A stretch of DNA of 64,000 bases from Fibrobacterales bacterium (GTDB lineage Bacteria; Fibrobacterota; Fibrobacteria; Fibrobacterales; JAOPTW01). The translations under genes were made by a program, and so were the position numbers. This document shows, in pieces, positions 1 to 8,744 of the stretch. Each line of letters starts with the position of its first letter. The first letter of the stretch is position 1. The stretch spans positions 28,581 through 92,580 of the forward strand of contig JAOPTX010000001.1 of NCBI GenBank assembly GCA_051532055.1. The letters run 5' to 3'. The notes beneath the pieces were generated by a model, which was not told where the DNA came from, ran no database searches, and saw nothing but the letters and a program-made list of their open reading frames with translations.

Positions 1-1
1 A

Positions 2-1237
2 CTCTTCTGAAGCGAGGAGCTTCTGAGTCGATTGAGAACGATTGTTTTGAATAATTATGTCTTGATCTTTGAGCTTAAGAAGTTGATCCTCAATTGCCCA
101 ACCATACTCACAGTTTTCAATAACTCCTTGTAAAAAGCCAAGAGTTGCGGGTTTCCAACACATGATATCTGAACCAGATATAGATCGAGTGCTACATGCA
201 AGAAACCCTGCAAATAAAAAGGAACTCTCTGCGCCTTCTGATGCATGTATTTGAGCAAGAACTTCAAGAAGAGCTGAATCTTTTGGTTGTACAAAAAGAG
301 GTGTGTTATGTTTGTGCGAAAGTAAACTTGCTCTGTCGATAAGCTCAGTAAAGCTTGCATCAACTTCATCAAGGATAGTAATGGATGATAATGACTCAGA
401 ATAGTCTTTTAATAGTTCTTCAAGTGCTTCAAAATGATTCTCTATAGTAAGCTCTGATATCAGTATAATATGTTGCTTATTGCGTGCACGAGTCTTCTTA
501 ATAAGTTTATTAAGTGTAGTACACCAACCAGCGACTTCAAGAAGTTGGTCATTTTTAAAAAGTGCTTGGGTACTCTGTTCGATAAATGATTCGAGTTGTT
601 TGATTACCTCTTTTGCCCCTTCATTGAGGAGCTTGTACCCTGGTTCAGAACCAGCCACTGAGTCAACAAAGTTTTGAGCAGGACTATTACCAGCAGAGGC
701 TGTATTTACTTGACCGAGTATGGCGTTAATTGTGTCGTCATTCGATGTAGTAGTTTGAGTCGCAATATCAGGTATAGACGGCTGAACAACATCAAACATT
801 GCATTGATAATATCTTCTTTTGTAGAACCTTGTAATTGGATAGCCGTGAGGTCTTTATTAAAAGTCTCAAAATCAATTGTTCTATTCTGTGCATCTTTGC
901 AAATTGCAAGCGCTGCTCTCGTTTGATTGAGTAATGGAATATCAAGTTTTAAAGGTTGGGTTGTTGCTATTTCTCTTCCAGTAATAACAACGGATCCAAA
1001 AAGGTCACCACTATATAGAGGAGTCTCGACATTACAAGAAATAGGAATTGTTGCTGAGAGGCACCCTTCTATTGAAGCCAATGTTTCGTTATTGACTACG
1101 ATAGGTGAAAAGGATGAGAACGATCGAGGTAACACAATGGCATGGTGCGCCTCAGAAAGATTAGTATTTATTTTTTTCGCGGATGTCGACGGGTTTGTTG
1201 AAACACCTGTCGAGACAAAGGTCTCTTCAATTTTCAT
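2..1237 (-). CDS. Partial ORF running off the left edge (>=412 aa); putative highly diverged TssB-TssC-like sheath fusion protein
   Basis: Not in the ORF track. Manual translation from ATG at 1237 (MKIEETFVSTG...) stays open to the window edge. Segments align by eye and in order with the local TssB and TssC, e.g. VIKQLESFIEQSTQALFKNDQLLEVAGW vs QVAYIDEKISSQLDEIFHNEAFQKLESSW. The ORF is confident; the product is tentative. Confidence 0.6.
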   Translation of the reverse strand, partial: MKIEETFVSTGVSTNPSTSAKKINTNLSEAHHAIVLPRSFSSFSPIVVNNETLASIEGCLSATIPISCNVETPLYSGDLFGSVVITGREIATTQPLKLDIPLLNQTRAALAICKDAQNRTIDFETFNKDLTAIQLQGSTKEDIINAMFDVVQPSIPDIATQTTTSNDDTINAILGQVNTASAGNSPAQNFVDSVAGSEPGYKLLNEGAKEVIKQLESFIEQSTQALFKNDQLLEVAGWCTTLNKLIKKTRARNKQHIILISELTIENHFEALEELLKDYSESLSSITILDEVDASFTELIDRASLLSHKHNTPLFVQPKDSALLEVLAQIHASEGAESSFLFAGFLACSTRSISGSDIMCWKPATLGFLQGVIENCEYGWAIEDQLLKLKDQDIIIQNNRSQSTQKLLASEE

Positions 1238-1245
1238 AGAAAAAC

Positions 1246-1851
1246 CTAGTAAGAAAGTACGCTATTGACTTGAACGTCATCAATGATGGGGTCTAAAGTG
1301 GATGCAGTTTCATTAAAGAAAAAGAGATATACAAGTCCTGCAACGCCAGCAGCTCCAAGGACACCACCTGCTACTTTTAGTCCGTTACCTGATACAACAG
1401 ATGCTGATGATGATTGAAAAAATTCTTCAGAGATCATGTTGAGATTTTTGCTAATTCCGCCATCAACGTAGTTATGAGCAACAGTTACAGTTTTACCCGC
1501 AGTTACATCAAATAGTTCACAATGTACAGTAGTTGTGCCATCTTTCTTCTCAATAGAAGGAATGATGAGATAATCAGTTTCAAGAGCGGTACCAAGCTCT
1601 TTTTTACAGCTTGCTTCACAGCGAGTAGGAACCATAACGCCTTTGCGCTCAAGCATCGAGTCACGTTTGCGGAGACTCATAACGTTCACTGCGTCATTTA
1701 CGGCTAAAATGGTGATAAATCGTTCTTGGATATCTTCGATAACAGCAGAGTTTTCAATGCCTTGAGCATCAAAATCAAGTACCGATGCGGTAGGGGCATC
1801 TGCAAAAAGAGCTGAGGCTGTCAAAGTAAGTGCTACGAGTAATGAACGCAT
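1246..1851 (-). CDS. Exported protein with a CsgG/TolB-N-like domain and a C-terminal Gly-rich hydrophobic helix
   Basis: Likely start is ATG 1851, preceded by GGAG. Signal peptide MRSLLVALTLTASALFA; pattern SVLDFDA...C...C..ELG..LETDYLI; C-terminal VAGGVLGAAGVAGLVYLFFF. Confidence 0.6.
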   Translation of the reverse strand: MRSLLVALTLTASALFADAPTASVLDFDAQGIENSAVIEDIQERFITILAVNDAVNVMSLRKRDSMLERKGVMVPTRCEASCKKELGTALETDYLIIPSIEKKDGTTTVHCELFDVTAGKTVTVAHNYVDGGISKNLNMISEEFFQSSSASVVSGNGLKVAGGVLGAAGVAGLVYLFFFNETASTLDPIIDDVQVNSVLSY

Positions 1852-1963
1852 TGTATCTCCGGTGGTATAAAATTTCGAATGCCTAGTAAATATGGTTAAT
1901 TTCGGGTATTTATTCAATGAAAGTAAACGGGATATTACATGAATAGTGATGGTTTTTTGAGGG

Positions 1964-1983
1964 ATTGTGATGTGGGTCACAAT
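1964..1983. promoter_or_regulatory. CRP/FNR-family binding box (TGTGA-N6-TCACA)
   Basis: ATTGTGA-TGTGGG-TCACAAT is a perfect match to the CRP core consensus, in a divergent intergenic region. Confidence 0.55.
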
Positions 1984-2178
1984 GAGGGGATGGGGATACA
2001 TTAATTAAAGGCTTTACTCATAGGATTATAGAGCCTTTGGGCAAAAAATGTGTATCATGGAATATGAATGTAGGGACTACAAAAGGGTATTACCAGATTC
2101 AATAGAATCATTAAATGCTCTTTGGAGAGAGGGCCTTGAGTTATTACTTTTATAAAAAAACTAAAAAAGACTCAGGTT

Positions 2179-2772
2179 ATGAAATTTCTATTTGCTTCGG
2201 TTCTCTTTTCAATGATAATTGTCGGTTGTGGGAGAACTCCGGTTAAAGTTGGTAATGTTGATGAATCCAAGCTCGTTGATTGGAAAGAGATCCGTGATAT
2301 GGGACTTGAAAAATCAGTTGAGAAATATTTGGGTAAGGTTATTACTGTTACTGATTTACACTCATTAGGATTTAAGGCAAAAAATGAAGAGCGGGGGAAT
2401 GCTTGTTTAATTTCATTTAGACCACAAGAAGCTAAGAATTGGTCAAAAGAAGGTGTCTTGCCAGGGGAAGGTGATAGAATTATCACTCCTGAGGGAATAA
2501 ATGAGACAGGAATCAGTATTTTCTTTAATTATGGATCGGAAGCAGTGAGTTGGACGAAACATTCGAAAATACGAATAGATTCGACTGATAATTCAGAAAT
2601 TATTTTTCTCCCTAGTCATGACTTTTGTGGTAGGTGCCAATGGGATGAGGAAAATGATAATTTGTGCGTTGAAGAGAGTCCAATGCTTAAGGTCACCGGA
2701 AGGGTAATAGCTATGCGCTCAATGAAGGGCATTATTGGTTTAGATTTAATCCCTATAGGCTATGAATATTAA
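2179..2772 (+). CDS. Lipoprotein, copy A (possible OB-fold; candidate T6SS immunity protein)
   Basis: Lipobox IVGC; near-identical paralog at 3267-3860; KYLGKVITVT...LKVTGRV resembles tRNA_anti-like OB-fold lipoproteins. Confidence 0.75.
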   Translation: MKFLFASVLFSMIIVGCGRTPVKVGNVDESKLVDWKEIRDMGLEKSVEKYLGKVITVTDLHSLGFKAKNEERGNACLISFRPQEAKNWSKEGVLPGEGDRIITPEGINETGISIFFNYGSEAVSWTKHSKIRIDSTDNSEIIFLPSHDFCGRCQWDEENDNLCVEESPMLKVTGRVIAMRSMKGIIGLDLIPIGYEY

Positions 2773-2814
2773 GGCTCTCAAAACTTACTCATATAATTAG
2801 TTATCCTTATGATC

Positions 2815-3130
2815 TATGAGTTCGGGCACAATTTTTTCTAGAAAAACCTTCTTGTTAGTTAAAACAGTTTTTAATAAATACTAATCGATCATTTTTTAGG
2901 GGGGGGCTGGGGAATTACAAGAAATACTTTTCAATGTTCTTTGGTGTATATTGAGAAAAGATCGCTAGATAATTAGTGGCTCACTCCATCTCTGCTTCAG
3001 AGTGCACCTTTAGATTTTACATATATTGATCATAAAAACATAGTATACTCGTTTTTTGCACTGAATATAATTTCTTCGCCCATCCCCCTTTTTAGTCTTT
3101 TCTTCTATCCATCTTGTGAAACTTAATATG
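2815..3130 (-). pseudogene. Decayed fragment of the 3' end of the 1179-aa gene (4093-7632)
   Basis: Minus strand reads NLKVHSEAEME*ATNYLAIFSQY, versus NLKAHSEAENEWGTNDLEVFPQF in the intact gene. Nucleotide similarity to ~4096-4400 with stops and indels. Confidence 0.85.
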
Positions 3131-3266
3131 ATTGTAATGGTCCTATATTTACCTCTTTCTATATACAGAGGATTCGGTCTCTATTAGGCTCTGGTTATAA
3201 GCTATTATAGTTGCAACCCATATTGATATTATTACATTTAAACAAAACTCTTCTAATGGATTAATA

Positions 3267-3860
3267 ATGAAAAAGTTAATTGCTCTTTTAATTGTATCAA
3301 TAGTATTGATTGGCTGTGGACGTACACCAATACGTGTTGGTAATGTTGATGAATCCAAGCTCGTTGATTGGAAAGAGATCCGTGATATGGGACTTGAAAA
3401 ATCAGTTGAGAAATATTTGGGTAAGGTTATTACTGTTACTGATTTACACTCATTAGGATTTAATGCAAAAAATGAAGAGCGGGGGAATGCTTGTTTAATT
3501 TCATTTAGACCACAAGAAACAAAGCGATGGCAACGTGAGGGATTATCACCTAGTGAAGGGGATTGGGTCGTTACATCTGAAGGCATTCATGCTACTGGAT
3601 TCAGTATTTTCTTTAATTATGGATCGGAAGCAGTGAGGTGGACGAAACATTCGAAAATTCGTATAGATTCGACTGATAATTCAGAAATTATTTTTCTCCC
3701 TAGTCATGATTTTTGTGGTAGGTGCCAATGGGATGAGGAAAATGAGAATTTGTGTGTTGAAGAGAGCCCAATACTTAAGGTCACCGGAAGGGTAATAGCT
3801 ATGCGCTCAATGAAGGGCACTATTGGTTTAGATTTAATCCCTATAGGCTATGAATATTAA
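3267..3860 (+). CDS. Lipoprotein, copy B (candidate T6SS immunity protein)
   Basis: Lipobox LIGC; 197 aa paralog of 2179-2772; convergent with the 1179-aa gene. Confidence 0.75.
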   Translation: MKKLIALLIVSIVLIGCGRTPIRVGNVDESKLVDWKEIRDMGLEKSVEKYLGKVITVTDLHSLGFNAKNEERGNACLISFRPQETKRWQREGLSPSEGDWVVTSEGIHATGFSIFFNYGSEAVRWTKHSKIRIDSTDNSEIIFLPSHDFCGRCQWDEENENLCVEESPILKVTGRVIAMRSMKGTIGLDLIPIGYEY

Positions 3861-4029
3861 TCTATTGGAATTATAGAGAAATTTACACCTAATATAATTG
3901 TAAATCGATCGAATTTTTTGTGGAACAATATGATGGTTGGATTGTTACTCAAAGGATAATTAAGATTTTTTTTACAATGCTTCAGCGGTTATTCGATAGA
4001 CAAAACGATTGAATTGTAGAATTGATGGC

Positions 4030-4070
4030 TCTATGGTTCGAATATTAGTCTTAAATATTCGAACCATAGA
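4030..4070. terminator. 17-bp perfect inverted repeat between convergent genes
   Basis: TCTATGGTTCGAATATT-agtctta-AATATTCGAACCATAGA. Confidence 0.7.
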
Positions 4071-4092
4071 ACTGTGTATTCGTCTTAAACAA

Positions 4093-7000
4093 TTATTTAT
4101 GAGCTAAGGCAATTTTTTCAGAAATGATAAAGCGTTCAGTTTTGTCTCCATCACCATCATCCTCTTTGTGACAGCCCACAAAAAGGTACTCTTCTCCATC
4201 TTTCAAGGCAAACTGCGGAAAGACTTCCAAATCATTCGTACCCCATTCATTTTCCGCTTCAGAGTGCGCCTTTAAATTGTGCATTTTATTTATATCAAAT
4301 CCAATTGTAAACTGGTTTTGAGTATTAAGTACAATTTCTTGTGCAATCCACTCTTTAGCTTTTTCTTCTTTTCCATCCATTTGACGGTATTTAATAGGGT
4401 CATCGCCTCGTAAAACAAAAGTATCATCTTCTCTCAGGCGAATAAATATTTTGGTATCATTGAAGTTCTTAACAGTCACATCCCAATATATCATAGAGCT
4501 TTTTGTACGTGAAGTATTAAGTTTACAGTTAACAAGTTCTGGGAAGTACAATTTCAGATCAGCTTCCAATTTTCTTTCCGGAGCTTTATCATCAGGGTTG
4601 ATCCAAAGATTAATTTTTGAATATTCACCCTGAGCATCTTTAGAACGCCCTTTTGAGCAATACTCCAATAGTTTTCCAAGGTCAAGGTCTTTACCTGTTT
4701 CACTGTCCTTTTGTACTTCTCTAACGTACTGAGAGCCTTGAGAAAGAGTAAATTCACTTCTTAACCAGTTTTTAAATTCATCATAAGTGTCAGTATCAAT
4801 GTTTTTTTCATCAACACACGAGATATTTTTAACTAATGCATCTTTAGTTGTTTCCCCATTCTCTGTACCATAAATTAAACCAGTACCTTTGCAATTACTT
4901 AATTCGGTGTATCCTGCATACCATTGAATGGAATCACCCCATTTAATTCCGGCAGTAGGAGTTTGCCATAAATAACTATTAATAGTGAAACGCCCTTCTC
5001 CAAATCGAAAATAATAACTCGGCACATTAAGAGTATTACCCAAAAATTTTGCTTCTCTAAGTAACACCGCAGTACCTTTATCGACTTCAACAAGGTTTGC
5101 ATTGGCAACACTTGTTTGCCAGCTTAGAATACTGATCTGGGCAAAAGCAGGTGCATTAAACGAAAGTTTCAATAGAGAAGGATCAAACCCCCACCGGCTC
5201 TTTTCTTTAGGATCAGTTTTAGTATAATCCATTTCAAATTCAACACCGGCGACTGCATCTAATTTAAGTGCAGCACCAATATATACATGGACATCAATCC
5301 AACTAAATACTTCCTTAATGATATTGCCCATTTGAAAATTAGTTTTGTCGTCTTCTATACCATGTTTCATAGCATCTGGTAGAACGTCCTTACCATTTTT
5401 CTTTTTATAGGCGCTTCCTTTGGCTCCTGGCATGCTAGAGAGTTTTCCCCAAGCTGCATGGAGGTCAAGTGTGACTGAAAATTCAGAAAGGCCTTCTGCT
5501 TCATTGCCACGAAGGCCGAAGCTCATTTTCATTTTGTCGAGGTGTTTTTCAAAAAGAGAAAGCTCTGCTCCACCAGCATTTTTTGCTTTATCTAAAAGAG
5601 CTTTTTGCTCTTTTGCAGTCTTGGCATCTTTCCAGGTGAGCTCGAATTCAACGAAGGCTTCGATTTTAGCTTTAAGTTTTAATATAACAGCATATATTAA
5701 CCATTGCATATAGGGAATGGGAAGGGGACGGCCTATTGGAGCGGGGAATTGTTTGATTTTTTCCCCCTCAATAAGAGGAAAGGTGATTGGTATTTTAGTC
5801 ACCTTCTCAGCTTTCATCACACTTTGTGTAAATGAGGCAAAAACACCACGAGCCATTTTCCCAGCAGAATCTCTATCGGGTTTTTTCCAAAAAGGCTTTT
5901 TCTTTCCTTCCATTAAATCTTGAAATTCTTGGGCTTCTTCTTTACGGGTTTTTAAATGTTCAATATAATGGGCGGGTGTTTGACAGAGCATCAAATCGGT
6001 TATTTGATCATAAAGAAATTTGGTAAAACCATAGGTTTTAGGATGCTTTTTTTGAGCGTTATCCATTGTATCAAAGAATTTCTTGGATAAATTTTGTGCT
6101 TGCTTTAAGACCTCTTTTTCATCCCATTTTTTAGGGGCCTCTCCTTCCTTGGGTAATTTTTTTGATTTTTCGTCTCCAAATTCATTGAATCCCCAAATGG
6201 CGAAACTGGTAAAAACTTCAGATGCCTTTAAAAATTTCATGAGATCAATCACTTGATCAGAACACTCTTTTGCTATCTCACTATCTGATTTAACTTTACC
6301 TGGTTTTTGCTTGTAGTTCTTAATAAGGTGTTCCGAGTAAGCTTGAGCAAACCTGTTTATAATGACCCAAACAATAGAAGTCCCAAACCATATGGCAGGA
6401 TTAACTGAATGCTCTTTCTCGGTTTCTTTTGTAAGCTTTTGAAGCTCTTTATCCATATTTTCAAGAGCTTCAATCATGTCTTTAGGATAGAGTCCAACAT
6501 AAAGGAGGTTTTTTCGTTTCTTTTCTCCGTCGTCGCCCTTTTCTATCTTATAATCTGTAAGTCTTGCACGTCTCCATGAATGATTAGGAGCAAGCTGTGG
6601 ATTGTAGGTTTTTGTTCCGGGAACACCTTTGATGGCATCCTGACTATTCATGCTATCGACAATTCCAACAGCGTCATTATCCTCAGGATTCATCTCCCAG
6701 GGAATGTCGGGGTTTCGTGCCCATACTTTAAGCCAGCACCCACATTCAAAATGGTCAAGATACTCTTTACCTGCTGCGATACTTGATTCATTCCGAGCTG
6801 CGACAAGTTCTTTAAATTCTTTTTTGGTATATCGGTTTTTGACAATTGCATTCAGTTTATACCGAATAATTCCTTTATCGCGATCCGATTCATCAAGCAT
6901 TACTTTAAGCTTACTGTCAACTACGCCACCACTAATAAATGGATCTGCTTTTATAGCAGGTGAACCATTATTACCCAAAATTTTAGCTTCGAACCAACCT

Positions 7001-7632
7001 GAACGGGGGGCATCATCAACTACAAATCCATTGTTAATGGCTCGTCTACTTTTGTTCCCACCTATGGTGGCTGGTTGTAAAAAGGCCCAAACATCAACAT
7101 TGGGATAAATAGTTGAGCCGATGAATGTTGATGATGAAATTTCTACTATAATCCATTGTTGTACAGCATTAACAATTTTTCCAACTACCAATCGTTCTTC
7201 TCGGTTCTCTTCTTTTTCAGCTTCGACATGTGCCCAGGGTGCACCGAGTTGTTCGTATTTCTCAGGCTCTTTTTTAGACGAATCAAAAAAGAATAAATCA
7301 TCGTACATATATGAGTTGAACTTATTTGGGAAGAATTTCTTCATGAAATCTTCTTTTTCTTCCTCCTCTAAAGCTTTTGATTGCTCTAACATAGCTTGAC
7401 GCAATGTTTCGGTGGTATCATCTTTTAAATGATCAGGTTCAAAAGGCGAAACAAAAATTTCAGAACCCATTTTTTTGAAATCATCTAAATCAGGTTCATG
7501 GAGTTTTGGTAAGGATGCTTTATGAGTGAAATCATTATCATCCTGATTATTCCAGAAAATCTTAACTGAGTTCCACCCACCTTTTCCTGTAGGTTGCTTA
7601 ATAGATGTTGAAGTAGAGTTTGAATTTGACAT
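4093..7632 (-). CDS. 1179-aa protein of unknown function; candidate T6SS cargo effector
   Basis: Last gene of the DUF2169-PAAR-LysM operon; no signal peptide; one hydrophobic stretch (PAIWFGTSIVWVII); beta-rich C-terminal half; no catalytic motif recognised. Confidence 0.6.
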   Translation of the reverse strand: MSNSNSTSTSIKQPTGKGGWNSVKIFWNNQDDNDFTHKASLPKLHEPDLDDFKKMGSEIFVSPFEPDHLKDDTTETLRQAMLEQSKALEEEEKEDFMKKFFPNKFNSYMYDDLFFFDSSKKEPEKYEQLGAPWAHVEAEKEENREERLVVGKIVNAVQQWIIVEISSSTFIGSTIYPNVDVWAFLQPATIGGNKSRRAINNGFVVDDAPRSGWFEAKILGNNGSPAIKADPFISGGVVDSKLKVMLDESDRDKGIIRYKLNAIVKNRYTKKEFKELVAARNESSIAAGKEYLDHFECGCWLKVWARNPDIPWEMNPEDNDAVGIVDSMNSQDAIKGVPGTKTYNPQLAPNHSWRRARLTDYKIEKGDDGEKKRKNLLYVGLYPKDMIEALENMDKELQKLTKETEKEHSVNPAIWFGTSIVWVIINRFAQAYSEHLIKNYKQKPGKVKSDSEIAKECSDQVIDLMKFLKASEVFTSFAIWGFNEFGDEKSKKLPKEGEAPKKWDEKEVLKQAQNLSKKFFDTMDNAQKKHPKTYGFTKFLYDQITDLMLCQTPAHYIEHLKTRKEEAQEFQDLMEGKKKPFWKKPDRDSAGKMARGVFASFTQSVMKAEKVTKIPITFPLIEGEKIKQFPAPIGRPLPIPYMQWLIYAVILKLKAKIEAFVEFELTWKDAKTAKEQKALLDKAKNAGGAELSLFEKHLDKMKMSFGLRGNEAEGLSEFSVTLDLHAAWGKLSSMPGAKGSAYKKKNGKDVLPDAMKHGIEDDKTNFQMGNIIKEVFSWIDVHVYIGAALKLDAVAGVEFEMDYTKTDPKEKSRWGFDPSLLKLSFNAPAFAQISILSWQTSVANANLVEVDKGTAVLLREAKFLGNTLNVPSYYFRFGEGRFTINSYLWQTPTAGIKWGDSIQWYAGYTELSNCKGTGLIYGTENGETTKDALVKNISCVDEKNIDTDTYDEFKNWLRSEFTLSQGSQYVREVQKDSETGKDLDLGKLLEYCSKGRSKDAQGEYSKINLWINPDDKAPERKLEADLKLYFPELVNCKLNTSRTKSSMIYWDVTVKNFNDTKIFIRLREDDTFVLRGDDPIKYRQMDGKEEKAKEWIAQEIVLNTQNQFTIGFDINKMHNLKAHSEAENEWGTNDLEVFPQFALKDGEEYLFVGCHKEDDGDGDKTERFIISEKIALAHK

Positions 7633-7634
7633 AG

Positions 7635-8744
7635 TTACTCTTCGTTTAAGTCAGTTCGATAAGGAGGGACACGCGGTCCTGAAAGTGAGGCAAGGTCAGA
7701 TGAATCAAGGTCAGATCCTGAAGGGCCTTCTTGCTGTAAGTTTTTCAAGTATGCTTCTCGGGAATATGCGGTTCCATCTGTACGGTTAAAGGTGAATCCT
7801 TGAATACCGTAGCTTACTGGTATACCCTCAGGAGCTACAAGGAGTACTTGAGAGTAATCATCAATAGAAAATGAATAGAGGGGGGTGGCTTTAGTATCGA
7901 CAATATATACATCAAAAAACTTCTCATCTGAAAACTCAATCGGTTCTCCAGCAGGATTTAATAGACTCACTGATAAATATCCGCCTGGATATTTCCAAGA
8001 CTTCCCGTTGAGGTATTGTTTATCCCATTGATAGAGTATAAATGTTGCTACGAGGGGGTTTTCAGAAATTGAGGGTATTGTTAACGTTGTATTCTCAGGG
8101 ATGACATCGCTATTGTCAAAAACTCCTTCATTAGCTTCGAGAATAATTTCCCAGCTAGGTAAAGAATATTCTTGAGCAATTCCTTTTAGGGAGTCACCTT
8201 TAAGACTTGTATAGGTCGTTTCTATTTCTGGGCCATTTCCTGCAGATTTGTTTTTTTCAAGAAAATGGTAAAATGCCTTAAGCATGGTCTCATCAAAGCT
8301 TTCAAAAGTGAGAGGCTGATTATTTTCATTGACACCTGTTATTTCATGCCAAATGGGCATGTCACCATTAAGGTATCCTGCAAAGGTGAGCAGTTCACCT
8401 AGTTTTTGAACAGATATTATGTGGGGGTGATTGTCATGAAGTGGATAAGGAAATGAGTCAAGATTGTTATTACTTTCCAGCTCTGTATCGGATGCTTCAG
8501 GAAGAATCATAAACCGTGAAGGCATAAGGTTAGGATTGTTTACCGTACTTTCTAAGTCAACTAATTCACAGAGTGCAGGGTAATTTAGATTACGAACACC
8601 CTGTAGAGCAGTTTCGTAACCTGATTCGTCTTCAATTTTTATGAGCCTATCAGCAAGCCATTTAATCGTTAGCTCTGGCTTTACAACTACTTTCTGCTCA
8701 CCTGACTTAACTGATTCCTTAAAATTATCTTTTAATCTAGCCAT
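7635..8744 (-). CDS. LysM-domain protein with a probable PG_binding_1-like domain
   Basis: LysM-like YTSLKGDSLKGIAQEYSLPSWEIILEAN...IPENTTLTIP. VQKLGELLTFAGY...FDETMLKAFYHF resembles a peptidoglycan-binding three-helix domain. Confidence 0.7.
   Translation of the reverse strand: MARLKDNFKESVKSGEQKVVVKPELTIKWLADRLIKIEDESGYETALQGVRNLNYPALCELVDLESTVNNPNLMPSRFMILPEASDTELESNNNLDSFPYPLHDNHPHIISVQKLGELLTFAGYLNGDMPIWHEITGVNENNQPLTFESFDETMLKAFYHFLEKNKSAGNGPEIETTYTSLKGDSLKGIAQEYSLPSWEIILEANEGVFDNSDVIPENTTLTIPSISENPLVATFILYQWDKQYLNGKSWKYPGGYLSVSLLNPAGEPIEFSDEKFFDVYIVDTKATPLYSFSIDDYSQVLLVAPEGIPVSYGIQGFTFNRTDGTAYSREAYLKNLQQEGPSGSDLDSSDLASLSGPRVPPYRTDLNEE

Noticed and set aside
55..1268. Short ORFs 55-372, 480-677, 706-945 and 927-1268
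   Set aside because: They overlap the long minus-strand frame 2-1237, which has an RBS-like site and protein-like composition; treated as shadows.
1852..2001. N-terminal 50 aa of the 251-aa ORF call
   Set aside because: The better start is ATG 1851 (GGAG RBS, signal peptide); the extension covers the promoter region with the CRP-like box.
2007..2038. Hairpin AAAGGCTTTA...TAGAGCCTTT
   Set aside because: Lies between divergent genes with no gene ending there; no function can be supported.
2899..2906. G8 homopolymer as a phase-variation tract
   Set aside because: It is inside the decayed fragment, not in an intact gene or evident promoter.
2172..3586. Similar antisense ORFs 2172-2486 and 3149-3586
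   Set aside because: Their similarity simply mirrors the duplicated lipoprotein genes on the other strand.
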